DNA of 56,713 nt, the filler included, from Fonticula-like sp. SCN 57-25 (lineage: Eukaryota), in assembly GCA_001724245.1 (NCBI GenBank). It is 3 parts of 3 records of this genome, joined end to end, with 100 filler letters (N's around TTAATTAATTAA, not from the genome) between each part and the next. Parts side by side here need not be neighbours in the genome. Positions count along the whole stretch, not along the records: positions 1 to 18,332 come from MEDX01000108.1; positions 18,433 to 38,488 come from MEDX01000109.1; 1 more part is not named here. One strand, written 5' to 3'. Positions 13,474 through 25,158 of this stretch are shown piece by piece (the first letter of the stretch is position 1; each line of letters begins with the position of its first letter). The position numbers and the translations under genes are program-made. The notes beneath the pieces were generated by a model. The model had not been told where the DNA came from and did no database searches. It worked only from the letters and a program-made list of their open reading frames with translations.

Positions 13474-15431
13474 TTACTTCTTCTTGGGCGCCGTGACGTT
13501 GAACTTGAAGTAGATGATGTCGCCGTCCTCGACGACGTACTCCTTGCCCTTCTGCTTGTACTTGCCGGCGGCCTTGACGCCAGCCTCATCACCGGCCTCC
13601 TTAAGGTCGGCAAAGTTCATCGTCTCGGCCATGATGAAACCGCGCTCAAAGTCGGTGTGGATGACGCCAGCAGCGCCAGGGGCCTTCGTGCCTTTCTGCA
13701 AACAGCAACAAGCGCGTTAGAACAAAAGAGCCAATCAGAATAAAGGATAAATATACACCAACATCGTATCAATATGGTAATTTACAATTGACCATCCGCC
13801 AACCATTACCAAGTAATCGGTAATGCAACAACACCATTTCCCGCCATAAAAGTTCCTTTCGCCGCTCAAGATGCGTACCCGGATGGTCCACGCGCGGACC
13901 TCGTCGTGACCGGCGGTGAAGTAGTAGATGAGCTGGAGGGTCTTGTAACCGGTGACGATGATGCGGGGGAGGATCGACGTCGTCTCAAGGTCCTTGAGGT
14001 ACGACGTGCGAGCGGCCTCGTCCATTTGCGTCAGCTGCAAAGCGCGGTTAGTAAAAGGAAATAAAATCATGCCACAAATCAGTGTCCAAACATGCCACCA
14101 ATCACACAATGTTTTTGGCATCCAAATGCCATCAATTCATGTTGCCACCACAGATACTGAGCGTACCTTCATCTCCATGTCGACGCAGACGGGGATGATC
14201 GGGGCCGGGGACGGGCTGTCCTTCTCGCGGGCGTCGATCCACGTCTTGATCTTGAGGAGGAACTTGTTCTTGCGGCGAAGGTAGTCCTCCTGCGTCACGT
14301 TGCAGAGGTACACAATCGGCTTGGCCGTCAGCAGCTGCATCGTGTTCAGCTCCTCAACCTGTCGCTCGCATTAGTCATCAATTATGAAAAGGAAAACATC
14401 CACGTGGATTCAATTCAATCCTATCTTGTCTACAAGAGACCTGCACAAACACAAACGCCGACTCTAACAGCATCGCACCTCGCGGGCGTTCCAGTCGCCA
14501 AAGCGGGCCTCCTTCTTCTGGACGACGACCCAGTCGTGGATCTTGCAGACAATGTCGTACTCGATCTTGAGCTCCTTGCTGGCGCCGCGGTTGGCACCCT
14601 TGCGCTCGAGCTCAACCTTCTTCTTGTCGAGGAACTCCTCGTCCTTGAGGCGAAGCTCGTTGTGGATGATCTCCATGTCGCGAACGGGATCAACATCACC
14701 CTCAACGTGCGTGATCTCGGTCGAGTCAAAAGCGCCTGTGGATAGAGTCAAGGGGAAAAACAGAAAGAATAATGCAAAATGCACACTGCAAAGGTATACA
14801 CACACAAAGCATCACGAATAATTCACGGCACGAACGATGCACCACACAGACATAAAAATGAAATATTGCGTATATTGCGTATGAGCGGATACGGACCATG
14901 TGGAAAATGGCATCCACAGCCTTGATGTGCGACAGGAAAGCGTTTCCGAGACCCTGGCCCTCGGCGGCGCCCTTGACGAGACCGGCAATGTCCATGACGG
15001 TCAGGTACGCGGGCACCTTGGAGGCGGGCTTGTACAGGTTGCACAGCCAGTCAAAACGCTCATCGGGGACGGCAACGCGCGCCTCAGAGGGATCTAGCGG
15101 TCCAGTCCTATGAGTCAAGAGGCGCTCACACCGCCAGGACGCGTACCGATCGTGCAGAAGGGGTAGTTCTCGGCAGCGACGGCGCTGGCAGTCAGGGCAT
15201 TGAAGAAGGTGGACTTGCTAAAAAACGAATAGTAATGAGAAAACGAGACAAATTTGACAAATCAAGACATATAAAATGCGTAATTAAACAACAGACTATA
15301 CGGGTATTGCCACAACAACAGAGAGAGTGGAAAACGCACCCGACGTTGGGCATGCCGACAATACCAATCTTGAGGTTGTTGCTCGGGCGACCGAGCATGA
15401 TCTTCTCCTTGGGAGCTTCCTTGGGCGGCAT
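13474..15431 (-). CDS. OLA1: Obg-like ATPase 1 (YchF)
   Basis: [42 protein letters not shown] domain [22 protein letters not shown]. Confidence 0.97.
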
Positions 15432-15586
15432 GGCGGAAGAACGCTTTGCGGGCGACGCGAAAAGAAGGGAAGGTGTGGTGGAGAGTGCGCGACCACAATA
15501 CGGAAGCACAAACGAGAGACGTACGCGGATGACGGCCACGCTGCCACCCAACATGAACACCAATAAAAAGGGAAAAAATCGCGTAG

Positions 15587-15695
15587 ATTACCGAAATGAC
15601 GGTATCGTTTCCATCCAGTTTGCAGTTTGTATTGTAAGATGACGGAAATTACCGAAAAATACTGTATCGATACGAACCAGTTTGCAGTTTGCGTC
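15587..15695. repeat. Imperfect tandem duplication in the OLA1/EMC1 divergent promoter
   Basis: ATTACCGAAA...GTATCG...CCAGTTTGCAGTTTG occurs twice, about 61 bp apart. Confidence 0.7.
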
Positions 15696-15710
15696 AAGGA
15701 AAGTGCAGTG

Positions 15711-18332
15711 ATGGCGGCGGCGGGATGGCCGAGGGCGCGGTTCGCCGCGCTTTCGGTGCTGCTGCTCCTCCTGTCGGTTTTCGGTCAGACCAGCGCTGTC
15801 TACGAAGACCAGTTTGGCGTAGAGGACTGGTGCGGTTTCTTTGTATTATTATGCTACGTATTGACGTTGGTTTTGCAGGACTGTTGAGAACGTCGGCCTT
15901 GTACGTCATGCCGCGCTCCGTTCCTCGCACGTGCTTGTTGGAAGCGATGACGGCGTCATTGCACGCCTCGATGTCTCTACCGGCGATATTCTCTGGCGTC
16001 AGGTCCTCTCGCCTCGCGAGCAGCTCTTTGTCCTCTCCGTGTCGTCCTCTGGCACGGGCCCCGCCGTGTCGATCTCGTCGCTCCCCGGCGATGCCAAGTC
16101 GGTCGTCCGCCGCGCGTGGAACATGAAGGACGGCCGCCTGATGTCTGAGTCTGTTCTCCAGTTTGATCTCGGCGACGCGACCCTTTTTGCGCACGTCGAC
16201 GGGACGCCCGTGTCGCAAGCCGCGGCCCTCCCGTCGCTCCCTTATGATCTGCTCGTGCTCGCGGACCATCGCGTGGCCCTGATCGACCGCGCGAGCGGAT
16301 CGTTCAAGCTGACATCATCGAAAGTGGCCTTCCCGTCGGACCCCTTCTCCTTTGCGGCGCTCCCGTCGGCCTCTTCGTCGGCCGTCGATCTCATCGCCGC
16401 CGCCGATCACACTGGCGCCGCCATCGCGCACATTCGCGTGGCCGAAGCAGACGGCGCCGTCAGCGCATCCGCCGTTCCTGCCAAGGCGGTCTGCGGCCGC
16501 GGACCAATTGTGGCGCTTCACTCGATTGGCGCCGCCGCGCTCATTGCCTGCGACGGCCAGCCCACGCTCATCAACGTTGCGACCGGCAGCGCTTCGGCGG
16601 CCGGCGGCGCCGCCCGCGGCGACCGTATCGCGCAGATCGACCGCAACTCGTTTGCCGTCCTTCGCGGCGACCATGTGGACGTGATTGACGCGCGCGAGCC
16701 TCACGTGGCCACCCCCTTCGTCGGCGCCGTTCCGCAGGGCGTGTTTGCCTGCTCCTCGTGCGACACCCACCTGGCCGTCGGCAGCGATGGGCGCCTCTCC
16801 TACAAGAGCAAGTCGTTCACGTGGTCACGCGAGGAGGCGCTTGCCCACGTGGTCCATGTGATTACGGTCGACGCCGTATCCAATGCGGGCCTGCTGAGCG
16901 AGGACGCGCACCTCGAGGCGCTTTACGGCGTTGACGCGGGCGTCATGGGCGCGACCTTTGCCCGGTGGAAGGCCCACCTGGTCCACGGTCCGCGTCGCGT
17001 GTCTGCGTGGGTCGAGGCGGTGATCAAGGGCTGGTTTGCGGACGGCGAGTCATCGGTACGAACTAGGGAGAAACAAGTCTAGTTTGTGCAGTGTATTATG
17101 CTTTGTATTGTTGAGAATTGGTGTAGTTATATTGTACAGTAGTTTGCGGATTTCCGTACATTGCCGTATTGTTTAACGCAATGTTTGATTTTATTTTTTA
17201 TGTTCGCTCACACTTTTTCCAGCCTCTGTCGCGCCACCCTATCCTTGTCGTGTCCACTGAATCCGGCAGCCTCTTTGGCCTCTCCTCGCGCGACGGCTCG
17301 ATCACGTGGGCGCTCCGCCACGCGTGCCCTTCCTCTGCCCCTCACCCCCACACCCTTTCGCTGCTTCGCTCGGCCGCCGGTCACGCTCCAATCGCCGCCG
17401 TCGTCTGCCAGGGCATCGAGGAGGCCGCCATCCAGGCCTTTGACCCGATCACTGGCGAGGTGACACTGCCCATCGAGAGAATCGGCGGTCAGGTTGTTCA
17501 CGTGGCCAAGTTGCCTGTTGAGGGTGGCGGTGTGCACCCGCTGGCGGTGGCGGACGCGAGGGGGATCGTGAGCGTGTGGCCCAAGGAGAGCTATGGTCAC
17601 GTGGCTGGGAGGGAGGAGGAGGTGAGGGGCGCGATTGTGAATGCGACGGCTGGGGTCGTCGCCGGATTCGTCGTCAGATGGGTACGAAAGGGGATGGAAA
17701 ATGCATGATAATGTGTTGTATATTACATGCATGGAATGTGTTATATATTTGTGTTGCACTGTGCATTCGGTATATTTTCTGCTAGTGCGAAATGCATATG
17801 ATATTTTGCTTCTAATTGTCGATCGTATAGGACGAGTCCTTTGGCCAGATGGAGACCACGTGGTCCTTCACCCTGGAGCCCTCCGAGGTCGTCGCTGCGG
17901 TCGCCCAGCGCCCCGTTGGCGAGCCGATCAACCTGATTGGTCGCCCGCTCGCTTCGCGCCAGGTGATGTACAAGTACCTCAACCCCAACATGGTTGCCGT
18001 GGCAACGCAGGTGAACGATGTCCTCCGCCTGCGATTGGTCGACACGGTCACTGGTGCAATCTTGCATTCCAGTTTGCAGCCTCACGCCCCGTACGCATCC
18101 TTGTTCATTTGGTACCTTCTTTTTACTCACTTTGCCCCCAATTTGAAGTGGCGGCCAAGTCAAAATGGTGCAAAGTGAAAACTGGATTGTCGTGCACCGC
18201 CACGACGCCGCCCAGCACCGCTTCTCGCTGGACGTGTACGAGCTGTACGAGGGCGCGCGCCCCGACGAGCGCGTCGACTCTGAGACATTTAGCGCGTATG
18301 ACGGCACGCTTCCCCACGTGGACGCTCAGTCG
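15711..18332 (+). CDS. EMC1: ER membrane protein complex subunit 1 (3'-truncated by the gap)
   Basis: Signal peptide then AVYEDQFGVEDW; PQQ-like propeller; VMYKYLNPN and QSENWIV motifs. Confidence 0.88.
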
Positions 18333-18432
18333 NNNNNNNNNNNNNNNNNNNNNNNNNNNNNNNNNNNNNNNNNNNNTTAATTAATTAANNNNNNNNNNNN
18401 NNNNNNNNNNNNNNNNNNNNNNNNNNNNNNNN
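18333..18432. other. Artificial contig linker
   Basis: 44 N + TTAATTAATTAA (stops in all six frames) + 44 N; the genes on both sides are truncated. Confidence 0.98.
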
Positions 18433-19450
18433 GACCTTTACCATCGGCCGCGTTGTCATCACGCTCAACCTGGTGGACCCCAGCAACGACATCTTCCGTC
18501 TCTCGGACCTGACGCGCTCGACGGGCGGCATTGTGACGCTTGCGGTGATTTGCGGTCTGCTGGCCCTGTACATTGGCCTGCTTGTGTTCACGATTCTGGC
18601 GGACCGGCGTGACCAGAGGGAGGACGAGCTCCCGCCGCTCGCCGACATTGGCAGGTTCGTGAACCGCTTTGCCGAGACGTACGGGCGCGCGGTCGACATT
18701 TCCATCATCGAGACGCGCTCGCTGAGGGAGTGGAACTCCATCTTCCAGATTCACCGGTACAAGGAGGACGAGAGCGTTCGCCCGTCGCACCTGCGCAACC
18801 TGCTGTGCACGCTGTTTTTGATGTTCCGCAAGCACCACTCGTGGGTGTCGCTGTGGTTCCCGTCGCTCAACAACTACTCGCGCACGGGCCGCCTCTCCGT
18901 CACCTTTGGCATCATGTTTGGCTCGATGGCCGCCAACGCGCTCTTCTACCAGTTTGGCACGCCGCCGCTGGACGCCGACATCCTCGCCACGCGTTTCGTG
19001 AACGCCATGCTCTCCGCCCTCATCATCATGGTGCCGACCACGTGCGTCAGCTTCACCATGAAGCGCACGCGCCGCCGCAACGTGCCCTGCCGCGAGGTCC
19101 TGACCTTCACCGACCTCGACGAGCTGAACCTGAACAACCCCAAGTACATCTCGAAGCACAGCAAGCTTGCCGGCCTCGTTTCGGACTGGCGCGCCCCGTG
19201 GTGGATGTCCATCCTGCTCTACGCCGGCCTCGGCGCGGGCGCGGTCCTCAGCATCTACATCACGCTCCTGTACGGTGTCACCTTTTCGGATGTGCAGGCC
19301 CTCGCATGGATCGAGTCGTTCTTCATTTCGGTCGCGCTCTCGGCGTTTGCGATCCAGGTGGCCCAGGTCCTTGCTTTCACCGGGCTCGAGTTCCTTGCCA
19401 ACAGGATTTCATTTGTCACCGCGAGCACAGCACCGAAATGCTCAACATGA
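18433..19450 (+). CDS. Polycystin-1/REJ-like 5-TM membrane protein, C-terminal part (5'-truncated)
   Basis: Post-GPS-like TFTIG...TM1..ADRRD; HHSWVSLW..NYSRTGRL..MAANALFY and YGVTF..AWIESFFIS resemble PKD1-family TM2-TM5. Confidence 0.65.
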
Positions 19451-19654
19451 AGTCGATGGATTAGGCTCTTCATTCGCAGCGTTGCTTATATATATTTATT
19501 TTATTTTTATCATTTCATTATTGCAAGTGGTAGTAGGTCTTTCTTGTATCGTTTATCGAGTTGGATCAGGCATGCCGCTCTTCATCTCTCTGATCAATGT
19601 TGTCAATACAGACAATCTGGGTCTTTTTTATTTTTTTGACTATGATGTACAACA

Positions 19655-22600
19655 TTACTCACTGGCGTACACCAGTCGGAATGAGCGAAGATCGCCGGCA
19701 GTGAGCGTCACGTTAAAGAAAACATTATCATTCACCAGGTCCAAAAAAGACGCGGAAATTTCGTCCGCCCGCGTTAAATTGGCCGTCCGTTGAAACATAT
19801 CTAGATAAACGGTCGCTGGCTGCGACCACCAGTCGTCCGCGTCGCCGTCTTCTCTGGACGCTGTGTGATGAGCAAGACGAACGACGGCTTCGTGCGGCTG
19901 CATCCAAGCGAGGGAGACAATATGCACTCGTGGGTCCCACGCCGCATCATCAAACGCCGCCCACTCATTGAGGTAACCCTCGTTAAACTGCTCCCGCGTC
20001 CCGTTCGTCCTCTGGCTCCTGTTCTTGCCTGTGCGCGAGCTCGCCGCTAGCAGGACTGGCGGGTTTTGTAGCACATCCCTCTGGTTCCGCAGCGCGGGGC
20101 ATGCCTCCACGGCGAGCACAAAGTCGGCACGATATCGGCTTGTGTCATTGAGCGGGTCGNCGCCATTGTCATCGGCCGTTGGGTTCCGGTGGAGCATGAT
20201 GTCCAGCTCCCCCTGTTCCATGCTGCCTGCGCCGTGCGCAGAGGCGCTCCATATCGTCACCACGGACGCGCAACCCTGCTGCCGCATGCCAGCCCAGGCA
20301 GTCATTGGCGCGTAGCTCGCCGGAATTGTGAGCGGTCCCCCCGGCCCCCCGGTCCCGCCGTGGGCGCGCACCACCGATCGCCACCCCTGCGCGTCTGTGA
20401 ACCACTCGCCGCCGTCATTGACATCCGCCCGCAGACGCATGATAATCTCCGTGTCATTGGCGAGGCCGCCCAGAGTGACGCGCACCCGCGGCCGCAAAGC
20501 AGCAATTTCATCGCCACTGCGAGCAAGCTGGATAGACACGGCGATACCAGCCTCGTCGCCGCTTGGTGGCGGATAGTAGCGCAGTTCTTGTGTAACGGAC
20601 CCGTTCACCAGCTCCACGCGTGACGGCGCCCCGATCGGGTTCGCGGGAAGGTCTCCGGCCGAGCGGAATAGATACCATCCAGAAGACGTGCCGGCCGTTG
20701 AGTTGATCCAGCTCGCGTACACCCAAAAACCGAGGTCGATATTTGTCTCAGCCACTTCGTCGCCGTCCGAGAAAGATACGGAAGCAAGCGATCCAGTGGT
20801 GTCGGTGACCAAACGGTACGCCGAGTTAGAGAGCGCGACTGACGACGTTACAGGGACGGGAAGCACAAGTTCACAGCCGCTGTCGCCGCGCTCCATAAAG
20901 ACAACAAGCGCGCCAAGTGGCGGGATCGGCGGCGAGGTGAACGTCACAGTGTACGCGGCGGGAGCAGCGGGCTGTACGCCGCGAGAGACGTGCGTCGCAT
21001 GAAGATTAGCAAATGTCGGAGACACTTGACACGCAATATGCAACCCGTCAGGAGTCACGACGCGTACATCCGCTAGAGCACAGCCGCCGCCAAGTGGTCA
21101 GCGGCGTGATCGAGAAAAGATATAGGATTAGCAAATAGAACGCACCGTAATCCACAAAGAGTTCCATCAGCGGAGACCTCCATGTGTGAAGGGAGTTGAC
21201 AAAGACAAATGGAACACTATCGCTATCGTTTGCCAAAGACGACTGTGTGTCCCGGACCACCTTAAAGTCCCACTCGGAGCCCTCGGGTGCCCCCGGGCGG
21301 CGTAGCAGAGCGGCGGTCGAGTCCGCGATGAGCGCGTACGACGCGTCCAGCGCTTCATCCAGCTGATCTGCGTAGCGTTGGGACACGTGCGGCTGATGCG
21401 TCCCTGTAATTGCATCATGGTGCTGAAAGACGGCGACGAGCTTGCTTGCTACCTCCTCCTCAGGGAAGCGCGCCTCGCCACGCCGCGAGACCAGCGCGGC
21501 CTGTACGGATAGGCACCTCGCGGCACGAAGCGCAGCCTCGGCGCGGCGCCCAAGCTCCTTGAGCGACGGTCGTGTCGAGTAAAAGCCCGTCCATACACTT
21601 TCATTCCGGCTGGAATATGGGAAAAAGTCTGCCGCCCCACGCACCGGCCACGCGGTAGCATTGGCTTGTACGTCGGCAAAGTAGTCGTCGAGGCCGGTGA
21701 AGCGAATATCGAGGTCACCATATACGTCGGGCAGCGAGTGCATGTGCGCAAGCACTTTCTCCATGTTTTCAAACATTACGCGCGCGCCGTGAAACTGAAA
21801 GTCGCAGCCCCAGGGGTACAACAAGGAGTCACCCTCGAAAAACGCGGCTCGTTCGCGCATATTCTCAGCGAGCGAGTCGGCGATTTCGCCCACATTAGAC
21901 GCATTGACCGGCGGCATTATCCAAGGGTTATTAAAATAGACGCCCGGCGTAAACCACGGCGTGCAGTAGCTGTACCGGTCCATTGTGTGCGTAAACATGG
22001 CTGGCCGGCCGACATCTGACAGCCACTCAAACTGGAGTGTTCGGTCGTCCTGCATGCGCGCAAGCTCACGATAGTCAATGCGCGATATGAGATGCGCTGT
22101 AAGCACACGTCATTATTGTTGCACGAGCGTATTACAAGAGCGCGCGTACTTTCAAATCCCATGGCTCGAAGAAGCGAAGGCGTCGCCAGCCCCGCGCCGA
22201 ACGGGTCCACTTGCCATGCGCGGCGGGGCCTCGCGCCGAGCGTGTCGCGCGCAAACAAATGCCCCTCTGCAAACTGATCAAGTGTAGCCTCGAACGTCGT
22301 GCATGCTTCGTCGTGCATCACCCAGCCGCCCGACACGATCTCAAGCCGGCCCTCGGCAATTAACGATCGCACCACATCTCGCGTCGCAGCGCTGGCGGCC
22401 TCGTGCCACCACAAGGAGAAGAAGACCATCTCAACCTGGGCATGCCATTAGACAACTTGAATTGATCACGCGTGGCCACAACATACCACTATGAAACGCC
22501 GCGCAGGATTCTCGGCGAGCATCTCGATGACGCCGTCCCAAATGTCGCGGACGCCTCCGATAAGGTGCCCCTCGCCATCATCGTAAGGGTTGTAGTATTC

Positions 22601-22714
22601 CCACATAGTAAGAAGCCATCCTGCATCTTGGTGACTGTGGGGTACCATGTAGACGCGGACTGCTGCGCAGCCAAGCACTAGCGCGCACAATACGAGTACC
22701 CCACGGCCCACCAT
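19655..22714 (-). CDS. Secreted/lysosomal alpha-mannosidase, GH38
   Basis: Signal peptide, PHSHQDAGW, GGWVMHDEA, WQVDPFG (nucleophile Asp), WGCDF, WTGFYSTRP, QHHDAITGT; 3 introns; one N at 20160. Confidence 0.93.
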
Positions 22715-22882
22715 CCTTTCGACCCCTGACAGGTCATGCAAGGATGATCAAAGAGGTGCAAACTGCAATCTTGAGAGCGAGTGAACACCACATGTGGAAC
22801 TGATGTGGAAAGGAAAGCACGATGAAGCATGATATATTACTGAATAGTGCTTAATAAATTTATACAGACATGGAAAATATTT

Positions 22883-24942
22883 CTATTGCGCGAGCTTCTC
22901 GACCTCTTCCGGGATTGTTTGAGGGAAGAGCACAGCAAAGTCATCCATCTCGCCCCACTCAAAGTAGTCAGACTTGTTGCTGGATACGCTGTCCATACCA
23001 GTGCTGCTTCCCCTCGCCCAAGGGTTGTTCCACCAGTCCCGCAGGCCCCTTGGCAATGCCTTAACAAAACGCTCGTGCTTGATCAGCTCCAAGAAGATGC
23101 ACAAAAGAACTAGGATGGCAAAGTAGGCCGAGTAGACGCCAACGATCGCTGCGGACGCGTGCGCTTTGTACAGGCCGGTAAACATGTTGACCTGCGACAA
23201 GATAATGGCCGCAAACCCGAGCAGCACGTGTACCCAGTCGGGGAAGATGGGGCGTCGCGACGCGTCTTCGCTTGGCTTGCACGGGCACATCATGACGAGC
23301 CCAAGCACCAGCTGCAAAAACATCAAAAGGAACAGGAAGAGACCAGCGCCTTCATGATAGCCAACAAAGTGAGGGCGGTTCAGCTGCGCCACGTGAGCGA
23401 CCGCCACCGCAAACCCAATCAAATTGAATGCCACGGAAATCGTCTGGAGCGCGATGTGCGCCTTGAGCCATCCAAAGCCCCAGTGCCTAAAGTAGCGAGC
23501 GCTCATCGTGCCGCCGATGCCAAACACTGCCCATGCCAGGAACATCATTGATCCGTGGGCGGCGCGGTACCGCTCGGCGCGAGACACCTCGTTATTCACA
23601 CTAGCGCGGCATCATCGTGAGCACACAGCGCAGCAACAAACGAAAACCATACTCTTCAAATAGGTCAACCGACATTACGTTTTGCGGATACAAATCATGA
23701 TTCTGCGCAAAGTTACTATCTACCGTTCGAATCGCCCAAATTAAATAGGGAATATTCTCAGGGGTAATGTCAAAGTCATCTTCGCTACTGGCCGCAAGCG
23801 GTCGCGAAAAGGCCACGCGCAGCACCGGGCCGCTGGAAATCAAATCACCACCGCTCTCTGAAAAGGATCCTTCGATATCAAACACATCTTGGATCTCGTC
23901 GTTGTACACGTTGTACTCGTCGTATGGCACATGCCCATCAATAACAACAGGCTTGTCGTCGATGTACGCAACTTGATAAACGTCGGATGCTATGTCGCAA
24001 TGTGTTAGATACATGCTACGCACAATGGCAGTGGTATTAAAGTCGTACAGGACATGAAGGATGTATGACCAAGCCCGACTGCTGCCCATCCTCTTGTCTG
24101 TGCCTGAATCTCGAAGCGGATGTCGCTGCCGAGCAGCCACCAGCGGACGCAGAAAACGCGCGCAACAAACCATTGATTGTCGTCGTTGCAATACTGGCCC
24201 AATCCGCCAACCAGCCCGCCGATGCAGGTGTCTGTTTCGACGCACTCGAGCTTCTCGGCCACGATTGCGCGGGAAAACGACCCTGCCGGCGTCGCCAGCA
24301 CGCCGTCGTTCCAGATGGCCATCTCAATTCCCATGGGGACCGACGAATTGAGCCACAGCGCCGGTTCTTGTGAACTATGCGTGTAGTCTGCGAGCGTCTT
24401 GCCACCCGTGATGGTAATGTCTGCGCAGGAGTAGAAGGAGAGCCAGTGCTCAGGCTTGGTGCCGTCGCATGAATACTGCCGATACGTGTCCGACTGAGTC
24501 AACTGCAGCACACAAGCAGGACAGTCGATATCCGGCACGGTGATGTTCAACTTGTACGTCGTCGAAGGGCTGCAGAATTCGTCCGCTGGAATGTGAGACA
24601 CGAGGACGTACTCATTGAAGCACCCCTCATTATCTGCTGTGCCAGCAGCAAAGGCCAAGCGAAACGGACCGCCATAGGTGCATTTAGTCTCCTCCCATAC
24701 GATCGTAACATTCTGACCCGCCGTCAAAGTCGCCGTGGGTTTGCCCGGAGTTCTTAGTCCGCAAGCAGGCTACCGCAAGACCGTCAGTGGCGCTCGAAGA
24801 GAATCGCTAGACTACGAACCACCATAAGCGCCGCGTCCTGCGTCCGCGGTGCGGGATAAACCAATCTCATATCTCCGCTCGCCACACCTACCGCGACGGC
24901 TAGGATCCATGCCGCTAGCAGCCGTATCCGCGGCCTCGCCAT
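22883..24942 (-). CDS. Signal peptide + LPMO-like domain + DOMON + cytochrome b561 fusion
   Basis: Spliced reconstruction MARPRIRLLAAWILAVAVGVASG|DMRLVYPAPR..CG..AGQNVTIVWEET..PDIDCPACVLQL..FYSCADITI. DOMON GWAAVG..FMSSSD..FSRPL..LIWA..NH. b561 with four His (AHG, AHI, YHE, VHV). Confidence 0.8.
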
Positions 24943-25158
24943 TGATCCCTGTCGCCTGCGGTCGTCGACGCCCCGTCACAAGTTGATGGTCATCAAAAAC
25001 AAAGCACTCACCTGGCACTCACCTGCATTAAAATCGACCAATCAGGGACGAGTGCCGTGTGCTTCTGAGGACCACCACTTGCCGCGGGTCGTTGTCGCAG
25101 TCGGCGCTGCTCCCTCCTGCTCAAAGCGCATCTGGACCTTCACGCGTCACTCACAACC

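Noticed and set aside
18377-18388. TTAATTAATTAA palindrome (also at 38533-38544)
   Set aside because: Assembly spacer flanked by exactly 44 N on each side. It is not biological, and adjacency across it has no meaning.
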